Shown here: piece by piece, positions 30,432 through 41,915 of the stretch
Numbering within the stretch: position 1 is the first letter of the stretch
Layout: the number at the start of each line of letters is the position of its first letter
Assembly: GCA_037447605.1 (NCBI GenBank)
Contig: CM074804.1
Coordinates: forward strand, 6,115,909 to 6,179,908
Direction of reading: 5' to 3'
DNA: 64,000 bases
Origin: Zygnema circumcarinatum SAG 698-1b
Taxonomy: Eukaryota > Plantae > Zygnematophyceae
Program-made: the position numbers and the translations under genes
Notes under the pieces: model-generated
Told to the model about the DNA's origin: nothing
Seen by the model: only the letters and a program-made list of their open reading frames with translations
Database searches by the model: none

Positions 30432-33400
30432 TTTTCCTGCTTCACATTGCAGCCAGGTTAAGACATCAGATGCAGCAATTTAGTTGTTCCACAATTATAA
30501 AGGCATTAAACATTATCCTTGGTACAGCAAAGTCCCTATTAACTCGTCTGTGAGATCGCAAGGTCCAGAAAGCAAATCCGCACCGTATGTCGACAAATTG
30601 AGTAAAGGCACAAAAGCAAATGAGTTTCGTTTCCAAGCAGAAAAAAGCGAATACGAGCATAAAATTTCAGAGAGACAATCCTCTCAAGCCAAAGCATCAA
30701 CAATCAACGCAGTACAACACATGGAGTAACGCGGAAAAGGAAAAGCAGCAGCATGAATAGGTGCAGTTTCAAGTAAAGTTTTATTTAAGTAGTCAATCAT
30801 GGCCTCCGGACAACCATGAAAAGAAAAGAGGCATATTCCAGCCCTAGTCCCTCCACATCCTGGCAATCATCAGGAAGACTTATTCTCGTTGTACACAGGA
30901 GGGATGAATCAGACGATCAGCAAAGAAAAAAATCCTGTCAAAATGATCGATGCGCAGACGCTCTCTCAATAATCTCCAGGACTGTCTATGCAATTCCTAG
31001 CGAATAAAACAAAAGATACCTAGCATCATGTTTCCCTGGAATGACACTTTTATCGTACACACTAAATTTGAAACAGATAACTTTGACGGTGGCACATTCA
31101 GCTATATGCAATGATAACAAATTTTCTCCACAAGCAGAATCAACATTCTGACTAGAGGCTGTAAAACTTAGGAAAACGTTTGCTAAATGAGCGAAAAGTT
31201 TGAGAAAACAATGGAAAGCAGAAGCATCACAGCTAAGGTTTAACATGAACGAGAGATCATCCTGCTTCAAGGTAACCCATCAATACAGCTTCAAACGAAA
31301 GGAGCCGTAGGAAAAAGGTTTAGAAATATCTTTAATCACATATGTGAACTAAAAACAATAATAAAACGAATAAAAACAGAAAGAAAATCCTACACCCAAT
31401 CCGGCCACCTCTAAATAAAAAATAGCCGAGCCTGACCTCGAATAGAAATTCCTTGCATCATTGCAAGTCTGCTGCATCCCTGATGAAAAAAAAAAACAGA
31501 CGGGGAATCAGGATGTGATTTTATAGTAGCTGCTCAATAGAAGACAGCTACATGAAAAAAGCAACTACCAAAAAAAAAACGATGGAGCACAAAACGAGGA
31601 ACAAAATGAACATAAAACTGTCAGCTTTTCACCAACAATGGGCATCCAGCATGACGGTACCGCACCTTGTCCCAGGCGACAGGGTGAGCAGAGTACGGCA
31701 CCAGCCACAGAGCGTGAGGAGGTGCCGGGAGAGAGAGAGATAGAGAGCTGAGGGAGCAAAGAGTGCGAGAGCAGAAGAGGGCTCAGAAGGCGTAAGAGAG
31801 AGGGCCGTCCGGGAGGAAGGGAGGGAGGGAAGGGGGGGGTTCACGGCAGTCGCGGGGCGAGGCGGGGGGGCGCTGCCCGTTGGTCGGCTCTCGGCCCCTC
31901 CATCCAGCCGTTGGCCGCGCGCGCACATTCAAACGTTGGCCCGCCCCGCGAGGCGCAGCGCGATCGCGCGGCGCCGGGGAGCCCATCGTGGCACGTGCGG
32001 CTGACGGCAATCTGTCAGAGCGCACCATTGGCTGCCGTTCCGCGGGACAAGAGGAACTTTCTCCAACAATTCCCGAAACGTTCCGCGGAACGGCACGGGG
32101 GGATGAACTGTCGGCGGAACGTTCTGTCCGCCGCGCCGCGCCGCGCCGTACGGGCAGCCGGGCGGGCGGCGATGACGGCGCTCCATGCGGGCGGGCAGTT
32201 CCACGGACCTGCCCTGCCGCCAACTGCAGCACGGGGAGCGGGGAGCGAGCGCGGGGCAATAGAGGCTCGTCCCAGCCGCGCTGTCGCATTACCCCACCCT
32301 GCACTGACGCCATCACTCCAACGAGCTTCGAATAAGCTGAATGAATCTAAAAAAACAAAGAGCTTTGATATTTCTTTCTGGAGAAACCAATCAGAAATTT
32401 AATACAATTAATACAAATACAAAAAAAATATTAATAAAAATTCAAAAAAAAAAAATATTAATAAAAATTATTAAAATAATACAAATTCGATACATAATAT
32501 AATTTACGTTGATGCTTTTAGTGCTAGCTCCTTTGACAGGGAGAGAAGGCTCAAAAGTGACCTGCTTTTTAGGCATTGTTAACAGCACGGCTCGAGGCCA
32601 GCCCCTTTTCCTTCCCCTTCCCCTGCCTCAACATTCAACATTGGAGCTATGGCATGCGGCTCCAACGTCCCATCAAGGCCCCCACGGCCCACCCACCGAC
32701 CCGTCCGTCCGTCCGTACGTCTGTCCGTCCGTCCCGCACCAGTGAAGGCGCGCCACGTGCGCCCCCCCCCCTCAGGTCCCCCGCCGCGTCAGCGCCCCCG
32801 ACCGACCTCCGTCCGTACGGCCATGCGGTATGCGCCGCCCCGCAAGGCGCCACTGGCGGGTGCCGTGCGATGGGACCACCTGGCGGCGCGTGCGCCGTCC
32901 GATGCGAGAGGTCAAACAGCCCGCGATCGGGCCAATGCGGCGCCACCGTTCCGCGTGCGAGCCTCGGCTGAGGGCGGCCCCCCCCGGGCCCTATCCGGAG
33001 AAAACCGCGGCACGCTCCACGCGCGCATCGGACGCCTCCTGACGCCCCCCCGGCCCCTCACAGCGCGCCACGTGGCAAATATCTGCACGATACAATTTCC
33101 CAAAAAGTGCGTAAAGGTCCTATCCAGCGTCCCACGTCGCCTCGGCTCGTCCCGTTCTGTGGAACGGGTCGACCGCTTTTTCCGGAACGGCAGCCAATGC
33201 GCGTCGCTGACACGGTAGGGCCCACCGACCTAGGGCCGCCGCGGAGCCCGCGCGGCGAGCGGATAACGGTCCCCCGCGCTTCAAACGCGTCAAAGGCGCA
33301 GCGCTCACTCCCGCCCGTCCTCCGCGCCGCTCCCTCCCGCCCTCCCTCCCGCCCTCCCTCCCTCCGCCCTCACTGACCGTTTGAGGCCGCGCCCGCAACG

Positions 33401-33872
33401 GCCACTTCGCTTCCCTCCCTCCCTCCCTCCCGCCCGCCCGCAGGCAGGCCCGCCGCTCCGGTCCGCCTCCCCCTCCCTTCCTCCCTCTCTCTCGCCCGCG
33501 TCCAAGCGTGGGCTGCTGCTCTGTGCTGCTAATGCTTTAACGCTTGTTTTTTGTGGCTGTAACGCTGCTTTCGGGCATTGCTGGGAGCTTTTGCTTTTTC
33601 TTGGATGGCTGAATGCGCTTGCCGTCGGCTGTTGGGTTATCAATGAAGTGTTTTCTTTTGCTTGTGCGTTTGAAAGCTGTAGGAGAGTCTTCTGAAAGGA
33701 ATGCGGGAATGTGTGAATGGGATTTTTTCCGTCCCTTTTTTTCTTGTTCTTTCCATTTTTCTTTTAACTGCACCGGTCCTTCTGGGCTGGCGTCTTGTTT
33801 GATAGCTTCGCCTTGCAAAGAAAATGACTTACCTTTTGCTCTGTCATCTCCTTGCAGGCTTCTGACAACAAA

Positions 33873-36800
33873 ATGGCTCGATCACGTCTCGCAATCACCA
33901 TTTTGTTTGCCATTGCAGTGAACGCCTTTGCGGCTTCTCCTTCCAGTCGGAAGCTGCCCGATAGTGATGCTACTGTTCAGGTGAATACCCGTCGTTTTTT
34001 TATTCAAGCTTTCGTTTTTACTGTAGCATTATTGCATTATTATTAGATTTAATCTCGTTGGCTACTTATCTAATCCTTGCCTCGCCTTTTGCAGTCCGGC
34101 AGCCCGAAGGTCATTGTCCCCATCTACACGCACTACGCTGGAGAAGGCAACCAGGCGGTGGAGTTTGCCTCGGCGGTGCTCATTGCGAGACTGCTCAACC
34201 GCACTGTTTGCCTGCCGGACTTCTTCCATGCACTGCAGAAGAACACTGGTGAGTTCCATGTACCATATTTTCTACTTTGCTGCTTCGTAATGCTCTTTCC
34301 TTTCAATTCTCTTTGTCGTTTAAGCTGTTAACCTTCCGGTATAGTGGATGTCTCACTGTGTTAGTGCGCTGATTGAAATCCGTCTTAACTTTTGTTTAAA
34401 TCCTCCTGCAGATGGCCATGTTTGGGGCCTGAAAATGTCGGAACGTTATGACCTTGATGCTCTCAAACGCTTTGTGCCGATCATGGCGATGGATGATTGC
34501 GTCAAGACCTGCGGAGGACAACTGGACACTTTCCTTCAGCTGCGCAGCGTTGAGCCCTGGAGTTTATTCCCCGAATGGAACCAGGAGAAGCCCTACAAGA
34601 ATGCGGTGCGCAGCCTCCTCCTCCACCTTCTGCTTCTCCTTTCCCTTGTTCTTCTCCTTCAAGTCGTTTACCACTTTAACGTCTGCCATTTTGTTACATG
34701 AACTCAAAAACTTACCTTTTCCTAGCTGGCTGCTCTTGCTCTTGCTGCTGCAGGTGGACCTGAACTGGACGTACCTGACCTGGACGAGCGCCGCCAGCGT
34801 GCAGCGCGAGCTCGCGGCGGTGGCGGCGCCCTGCGCGGCCCTGGGCGGCATCTTCCCGGGCCTGCGCTGGCGGGGCGCGCACCTCGCCCTCGCGCCCTTC
34901 CTCAAGCCCGCGGCGCCCGTCCGCCGCGCCGCGCAGACCCTGCTCGACCGCGCGTTTGTGGCGGGGGGGAAGGGGCCGTACATGGCAGGTCCGTGCTCGG
35001 CAAGGGGGGGGGCTATGTCTGATGCTTATCCTGAAGCCGTCCGCAATTCGAGCTTGAACTGGTTTCGTATTAGTGTTTAGGTTCGTCTGTTTCTGTGAAG
35101 TTTACATCGGAAGTTCTACATGGTCTAAACATATGTATGGTTGTTTTCCGCCCTGCAGTGCATTGGCGATTTGAGCAGGCTTCCTGCGCAGGCGAAGGCC
35201 CTGGGCTCTGCTTTCCGCGGTGCCGGGACGGGTCTGAGCCCAACGACCCTGTGGCGATGCCGATGAGCCTCGCGTGGGTCAACTTCCGCGCGAATGGCAG
35301 CCACTGCCCCGCTGGTCAGTGCGCTGCTGGTTGAGAGGCTGCCTCAAAGCTGGGACGGAAGGGAACATGGAACGGCTGCTTCTCTGGATTGACTGCATTT
35401 TAGTAGCATTGAGCTCTTTACTGAATCGTGGTTGGATAGAAGGTGAAGACGTTAGGGCTTGTGCCCGAGCTTGTTTGATGAGTGGCCTCCTTAAAATCTA
35501 GATTTTCTTTCAGCTGATTTTTGGGGTTTAATTTTACTATGAGCAGGGAAATCGTGGCCCGGAGTGCACCTTGTTCCGGAGGACATCATTGCAGCCATTG
35601 TGGAGAAAGCATCTTCCTTGAATCTAGGCAGAGTCTATGTTGCAACTGATGGCTGGATGCTGGGAGAGAAGGGCTGCCCGCTTCTTACAAAGGTGAGCTT
35701 GCTCCACAATGCTTTGAGCTGCACCCTAATTGTCCTTGGTATTCTTTCCTGTAGTAATACTTTGCTACTTTTTCTTCTGCTTTGTTCTTACTTGATTTAT
35801 TGCCCTTTTCAGGTTATCAAGGGTGTACGTGCTGGAGGGCTGGAAGTTGCTGGAACCTGGTTCTGTCCTGGCCTTGCTCCTTTCCAAGATGAGAGCAGGC
35901 CAACGCCATCAGAGATTGCTGCAGATCTCGGTGTCTCAGGAGGGAAGCAGGTAGCTCTCTTGCTCTGCTGTGGCTCTAGGAATAGTAGAGCTTATCATTT
36001 TTAAAATGTTAGTATATGTTACAAGTTCGGTATCTGAAGCAACAAATTTTGTTTTTGGCAATGCAGGTTGAGGGTGCAAGCCACAGCATTTCTGCTGTAG
36101 AGCAAGAAGTGGCAATGGGAGCTGATGCTTTCATTGGAACTGGCGAGTCAGCGTGGAGCTTAGCTGTGTGGAGACGGAGGCAGGGGCTTAGGCTGGCGGC
36201 AAAGGCTCTTATGTCACATAACATGGACCAAGGTATGCATCTTTTTTAGGCCTCTTATAGTGAGGGGGGTTAGGTTATTACCAATGTAAGCCCCCTCCAC
36301 GGATTGTGATTTGGTTAGGCAGCTACTTGAAGAGTCTGTATATTCCAGCATAGGCTGGACCGAGCCTTTTCAAAATCGTTTCACAGGAAAGTCGGCCGTC
36401 TTTCTACCTCTTACACGGGCTCTCAATTCTGTTACAGGTGGAGGCTGGGAGACCGGCCTGCCAGAGAGCAGCATTATTGATGACCACGTCATTGACAAGC
36501 TCATGGCGGACGACACTATGGCAGTGAGTCTCACTTACAAATGCCTTCCAATTTAATCAAGCTCCTCCACTATGCACTGACTCCACTGGAACCTGCCACA
36601 TTGAACACACCCTTTCCCAAACGAATTCCGAAGCTCTTCCCCTGCATGGCCCTTGCGCCGCGTGTGCGTGAATGCCCTCGCTGACAGTGCGCTGTCCGCC
36701 GGTCGGTGCAGGGCCCCGCGTGCCGCCGCAGCCTCGTGGGCGAGCAGTTCCCGGACAAGGACGACGACGAGAGCCAGACCGCCGCGGAGGGGGACGCGCG

Positions 36801-36882
36801 CGCGGACGACTGGCTGGACCGCCTCGCGTGCGAGGGCCGCCAGGAGAAGGGCGGGCGCTGCCAGATGGCCATCTGCTGGTAG
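33873..36882 (+). CDS. GDP-fucose protein O-fucosyltransferase-family (PF10250-like) glycosyltransferase, paralog B; signal peptide
   Basis: MARSRLAITILFAIAVNAFAA, YAGEGNQAVEFASAVLIARLLNRTVCLP, VHWRFEQ, VYVATDGW, EQEVAMGADAFIGTGESAWSLAVW and DDWLDRLACEG...CQMAICW*. GT-AG introns lie at positions matching paralog A. Confidence 0.82.
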
Positions 36883-36926
36883 CGGGCATGCATGCGCGGT
36901 AGCGAGCTAGAACAGGCAGGCAGACA

Positions 36927-36950
36927 GTAGTAGTAGTAGTAGTAGTAGTA
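36927..36950. repeat. (GTA)n microsatellite, ~8 units
   Basis: gtagtagtagtagtagtagtagta lies just 3' of the paralog B stop codon. Confidence 0.85.
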
Positions 36951-39603
36951 ACAGCAGTATTGAGTAAGCGCACGAGAAAAAAAAATAAGTCTGGTCGTAT
37001 TGCATAGGCTGCAACGGCCTCCTGTAGTCAGTCGGGCCCAAGGGACGCTGCTGCCCCCCAGCACGTCGTGTAGCGTTAGTAGGTATAGGCCAAAGCCTTC
37101 TTGGCATGCACGCACTCAGAATAAGAGATGTAGAACGCGGAAGGGTGGCACGGCTGGGGCCTAAAGCCCGCCTCCCCGCCCCCCCCCCCCATGTACAATA
37201 TTGCGTTGTGCCACGAGCAACAACTGAATGAATTCACAGGAATGGTATGTCCACGATTCCGCCTTCACTGCATGCATGCATGCGCGCATGCCTTGCGGGC
37301 TGTGGGCTGTGGGCCCCACGGCGTCCATGGCTGCCCGCGCTCGCAACGGGCCGAGCCCGCTGGGCACGCGCGTTTGAATTTGAACTTTGCCACGTGGACG
37401 GCGCGGCGAGAAACCGCCGCCCTCGCATCGCCCTCCCCTCCGCCGCCCACTCGCTGTTGCTTGCGGCGCCGGCCGGCTCTGCGGGAATGAAATGATGGCG
37501 GGCACCGTCGTACGCGCCTAATGGCTGCGCGCAAGTACGGCTATTCGTAAAGGCTTGGCGGGCTGGGGCGACTCTTTCCCAGAGGACAAAACTGCTTACC
37601 GCAGGCGCGCGAGCCAATGGGGGCGCAGTTCGAAGCGCGGCCTTTACTGCGGGCGGGCGGCCGGGCCGGATGCCGCCTCCGCTTTGAGAGCGCATTATTG
37701 ACGCCGCCCGCCCGGAAGATGACAGCGCCGCCCGCCCGCCTCCGGGCGGGTCCGGGCGGCAGGCGGCCGCTGGGGATAACGACGGCCGCCAGGTCAGCCC
37801 CATGACACGAAGCCTCCACCACAAAGTCTCCCGTGGCTGGCCGGCCGTACATCTCTCTCGGCTGGCTGGGGCCTGGGCGGGCCGTTGTGTCGTTTGTGAT
37901 AAGTACAAGCGCAGCAGTACGACAAGATTTTCGTACGCGGCTCATTCTCATCTGCGCCTCAGAGTCAGCGGCCATCGACAACGACAAGATCGGGCCGCCG
38001 GGTGAAACAGCCGGCGAAGCGTCGAAGCGGCCGTCGAGGCCGGCCGGCCGGCCAAAACCGTTTTGAGGGTAGGGTTGGAGGCACACGGTGGCGCGGGCAG
38101 GGGCACGATGCCCCCCCTGGGCGGGGCACGCCACCCCCCGTGCCCTGCCGGCTATGACCCCCCTTGCCGGAAACGCCCATATCCGTGGCCCCCTCCCCCT
38201 GTGCCCCTGCCACGTCAGCGTACCCCGTCACGCCCGGGGCCGGGACGATGACGGTGGATGACAGGTAACTTGGCACGTGACATCGAGGGCCTCTTCGGAG
38301 CTGATGTGGCGGCGTGCGAGGGGACAGCGCGACGCCTCCGAAGCAATGTGGACTCTGACGTGGTAGGCACGTTGGCGCCACGTCGGCATAACGCGCGCGA
38401 AACTTTTCATGGAGCCCGGGCACTGTCCGTACCGCTCGTACTTCTCGTACCTTAGTCCGTACCGTTATCAAAGTGTTAATTTAGGGACGGAGAAATAGCT
38501 TTGATCTCGCGATGGCAAGGCCGTCAAGTGTTCAGTGATAAAATCAACATGGGAAACCGAAGGAATTGGTCACAAGGACCTACGGACAAAAAGAAAGAGC
38601 CCATAAACGGAATAGTTCTAGGCTCAACAACACGGCACTAGAAGCAGCTGCGAAGGTCGCCGTTTTTTTGGCCGCGATTTTTTAATTGTTCAATCTCGTC
38701 ACGCCACGGGGCCACGAAAATGGGGCAAAGCTTCCTGCCGCCATTCTTCGACGGTTTGCCAACATGCATGCATGCATGCCATCCCTTGGCAAGCTCAATG
38801 GCCCAACAAATTCTTCCAATGGTTGGCTCCCGACCATTGGTAATAGCTGGCAATCAATTGGCAAACAATCATTGTAACGCTTTTCTGCGATTGTCAGCCA
38901 AGGGAACTGTTGCCAGCCATTGGAATGGTTGGAACGTTTGGCAATGGTTGGCTGGGTCCCCCAATCAAAAAATACAACCGTTAATCTCTGGAGCTGAAAA
39001 CCGAAGGTATCGAAAACTAAACTTCCGAAAGTCACATTTTCAAGTTCCGCAACCTCCCCACACACTTCATCTGTCCGCATGCGCACAATGGTTGAACGCT
39101 CGAGGGCCTGTCAACATAATAAGGAGTACAGATTACGCCATTTGGAGCCCAAGACCCATCGAGCAAGACCACCGACCACAAGCAAAATCCGGCCTAGGTT
39201 GCTCCCGAAACGTTTGGGCGTGTGTGCCATAAGCAACGTGACACTGCGTGGTTGGCAGTGTCAGCAATGCCACTTTACCCGGTGGTGGTTTACCCCATCT
39301 CCTATTCGGATACAGACTGGCGCCCAAGCTCAAAAGGATAACTATTTTTCAACCTTCAACCGTCCGCATGCGATGTAGTCGAAAGAGAACATTAGCAAGG
39401 TTTACGTCCTGAAGCAGAAGCACCCACCCTTACCGCTGTGAAATGGATGAATGGAGGTGTGTGCCCGCCGAAATGGAGGTGTGCGACGTACCTACGCCAG
39501 TTTAGAGGCTTGCTGCAAAATCGCTAAGGGCACTATCGACAACAAACGTTCTAAAAATGAATGTAATTACAAAAGGGATGGGAATTCACAAAAGCCGGTA
39601 AGC

Positions 39604-41915
39604 TTAGGCGGTCTTTTCCATGCGTCGAGCGACAGACGGCATGGTGGCTGTGACTTGAGGAAGAACTTCATCTCTTTTCTGTCGAAGAAAACTGAACAGT
39701 CCTAAAAGTGAGCTGCGACTTTTATGGCTGCCACTGATCAGGGCGTCATCTGCACAGGATCCAATGCCACATGTAGTCACGGTCAGACGAAGAATACAAT
39801 TGGCTCTATGGAACACAAAGTCCTGCAGGTCTTGAAGCGTCCATAGCCCCTCTCTTACCTGATCTTGTTGTGTAGGCGCCTCCGTGTGCCCCAATGCCTG
39901 CTCCAGGAAGGACACTTTCATTGGCTGCCAGTGAAATGAAGTAGGCGAATGGCACGAGCCAGAGCATGAGAAGGAGAAAACCAAGTGCCCATTCGAGTGT
40001 CACGTAGGCAGAGGTAAGAAAAAACCGAATCCACACGATATGGCTGGCTACCAGCATGCCTGCAAGCGAGGGAGAAAGCCTGTTATTCGTCGGAGGTGCG
40101 GAACTTCAACCAACCGCGTCATAACTTCAGCAACCTACCTGCTTGACAACAGATCTTGGTGTCCTGATGCCTCCCTGAACCTCATAATCAGCCGTGCTAA
40201 AGACAGCTCCAATTTGCATTTCATAGAAACTGCTACAGCAATCCTCAGACGATTTCAGCAGAGCCGGCAAACGGCAACACATCTTCGTAAGTACTTCTTC
40301 CTGTCATTGCTATGAGTTTGAGAACGAACGAGCTTGGCCCTTGCTCTTCTGAAACAGGGTCCAAATTGCAAGGTTCATGTTCGATTTCTTTCAACCCTGA
40401 TTCTCCCTTTCAAATGCTGATGAAACAATAGGGCATCCCTAGGTCACTACCCCTGATACCATAGAAGCAGCTAATAAGAGCGCAGAGAATACATGCCTAG
40501 GCTTCCCAAAAAGTCAGTTGAGGTCAGCGAGATGTATGGGAATGTTCGAAGAAGGCGGTGATACAGTATGTGAGATGCGACACCAGTTGCCACTGGCAGC
40601 AGAGGCAGACGGTCCACTATGAGCAGAACCACATGCAAGCCCACCACCACCTGCGACATACGGAGTGCCTTCCAACCCTATTAAGTGAAGTGAAAGGCAA
40701 AGACGGAGAGGTAGATGGGGCGGAGAGAGTGAGAGACGAGTGGAAGGAAGGAAAGGGAGGGGGGAAGGACTTAGAAGCAGACACGAAGGAAGAGATAGAG
40801 GGAGACTACAGTAGAATAAAACGAGAGCGCGTGCGTGAAAAATTGGAAGGTAGAAGGAAAGAGAAGAAGGGGAGGCTTCCAGAAGCTATCAAAAGATGCA
40901 GCTCTAGTTCAGTACAAAATTGGTCGAATAGCAACTAACCTTTATGGCAATGCTGATGACCTTTTTTGTGATGCGAGTGTGCTCCTCCACAAGCTCGGCA
41001 ATATAATACAGACCGGTGGCTGTAACATTATTTGCCAATAAAACAAGGGAGATCCGAGGACGTCAGAAGACAGATGAGTAGATACCAGGAAATTAGATGG
41101 TAGCTGGTTAACTAGTAAGTAATAGTGTAAAAAGGTGACTTTACGAAACTACGCTACCTGGCAAATAGAACACGTTCAAACGTGTTTATTTGCCTTATGC
41201 GCTCAATCCTCGCGGCTTCAACAAAGACTATGGATACTTTGCATGTATTTTGATGAGTGAACGTCATAAGTATCTTGTGCGTGCGATATCAAGGCATCAT
41301 CTCCATATCCAATGAGCCGAAAGGATTCCCAGCGGATAAACAAACGAGCATGTGGTTCATAACTCTTCACCGTCGTTATCTTCACAACGGCTCGGTTTTG
41401 ACGAATGTGGAGATTCCTAAAATACTTTATCTTCCTAGTTTCTTGTCATAATTTTGTCAAAAATAGGACGAGGATTCGCCTGTTCGGATGTGTGCTTGCA
41501 GCAAACTGCAAAGTGCCCTGAGACCCTCAGGTTTTCACTCTCCTAACTTGCATCCTCAAATTCTACAACACACTTCAGAGCCATTCCCTCTCAACGAAAC
41601 ACCGTCAACCTAGCTTGGATGCAGAGTGCGAAGAAGTCACGCCACGCAAATGAAGGAGAATGCAGCCTCCATATAATTTTCAATATCCCTGCTAGTCTTC
41701 TCTCGATAAACGAGACATAGAAAGTCATAAACTAACGCGCTCCTTGCAACTGTGAAGGTTCTTCCATGCAGACGACAAAATTATATGCAAACACGACGTG
41801 CAAAGGCGCAAAAAGAGCAGGGATTCAGCCAGGCGGCCCGCTTACCAAGACATATGGCGAAAAAGAGCAAGAAGAGGTAGCCCCCCAAGTAGACCACCAC
41901 TGTCGACAGCGCCAT
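39604..41915 (-). CDS. TEX261: TEX261/Svp26 (Erv26 family) ER-to-Golgi transmembrane cargo adaptor; exons 41915-41846, 41019-40940, 40650-40497, 40059-39859, 39749-39604
   Basis: MALSTVVVYLGGYLFLLFFAICL-ATGLYYIAELVEEHTRITKK, LLRTFPYISLTS, WLVPFAYFISLAANESVLP and C-terminal LLGLFSFLRQKRDEVLP. Phases are consistent; intron 3 has a GC donor. Confidence 0.9.
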
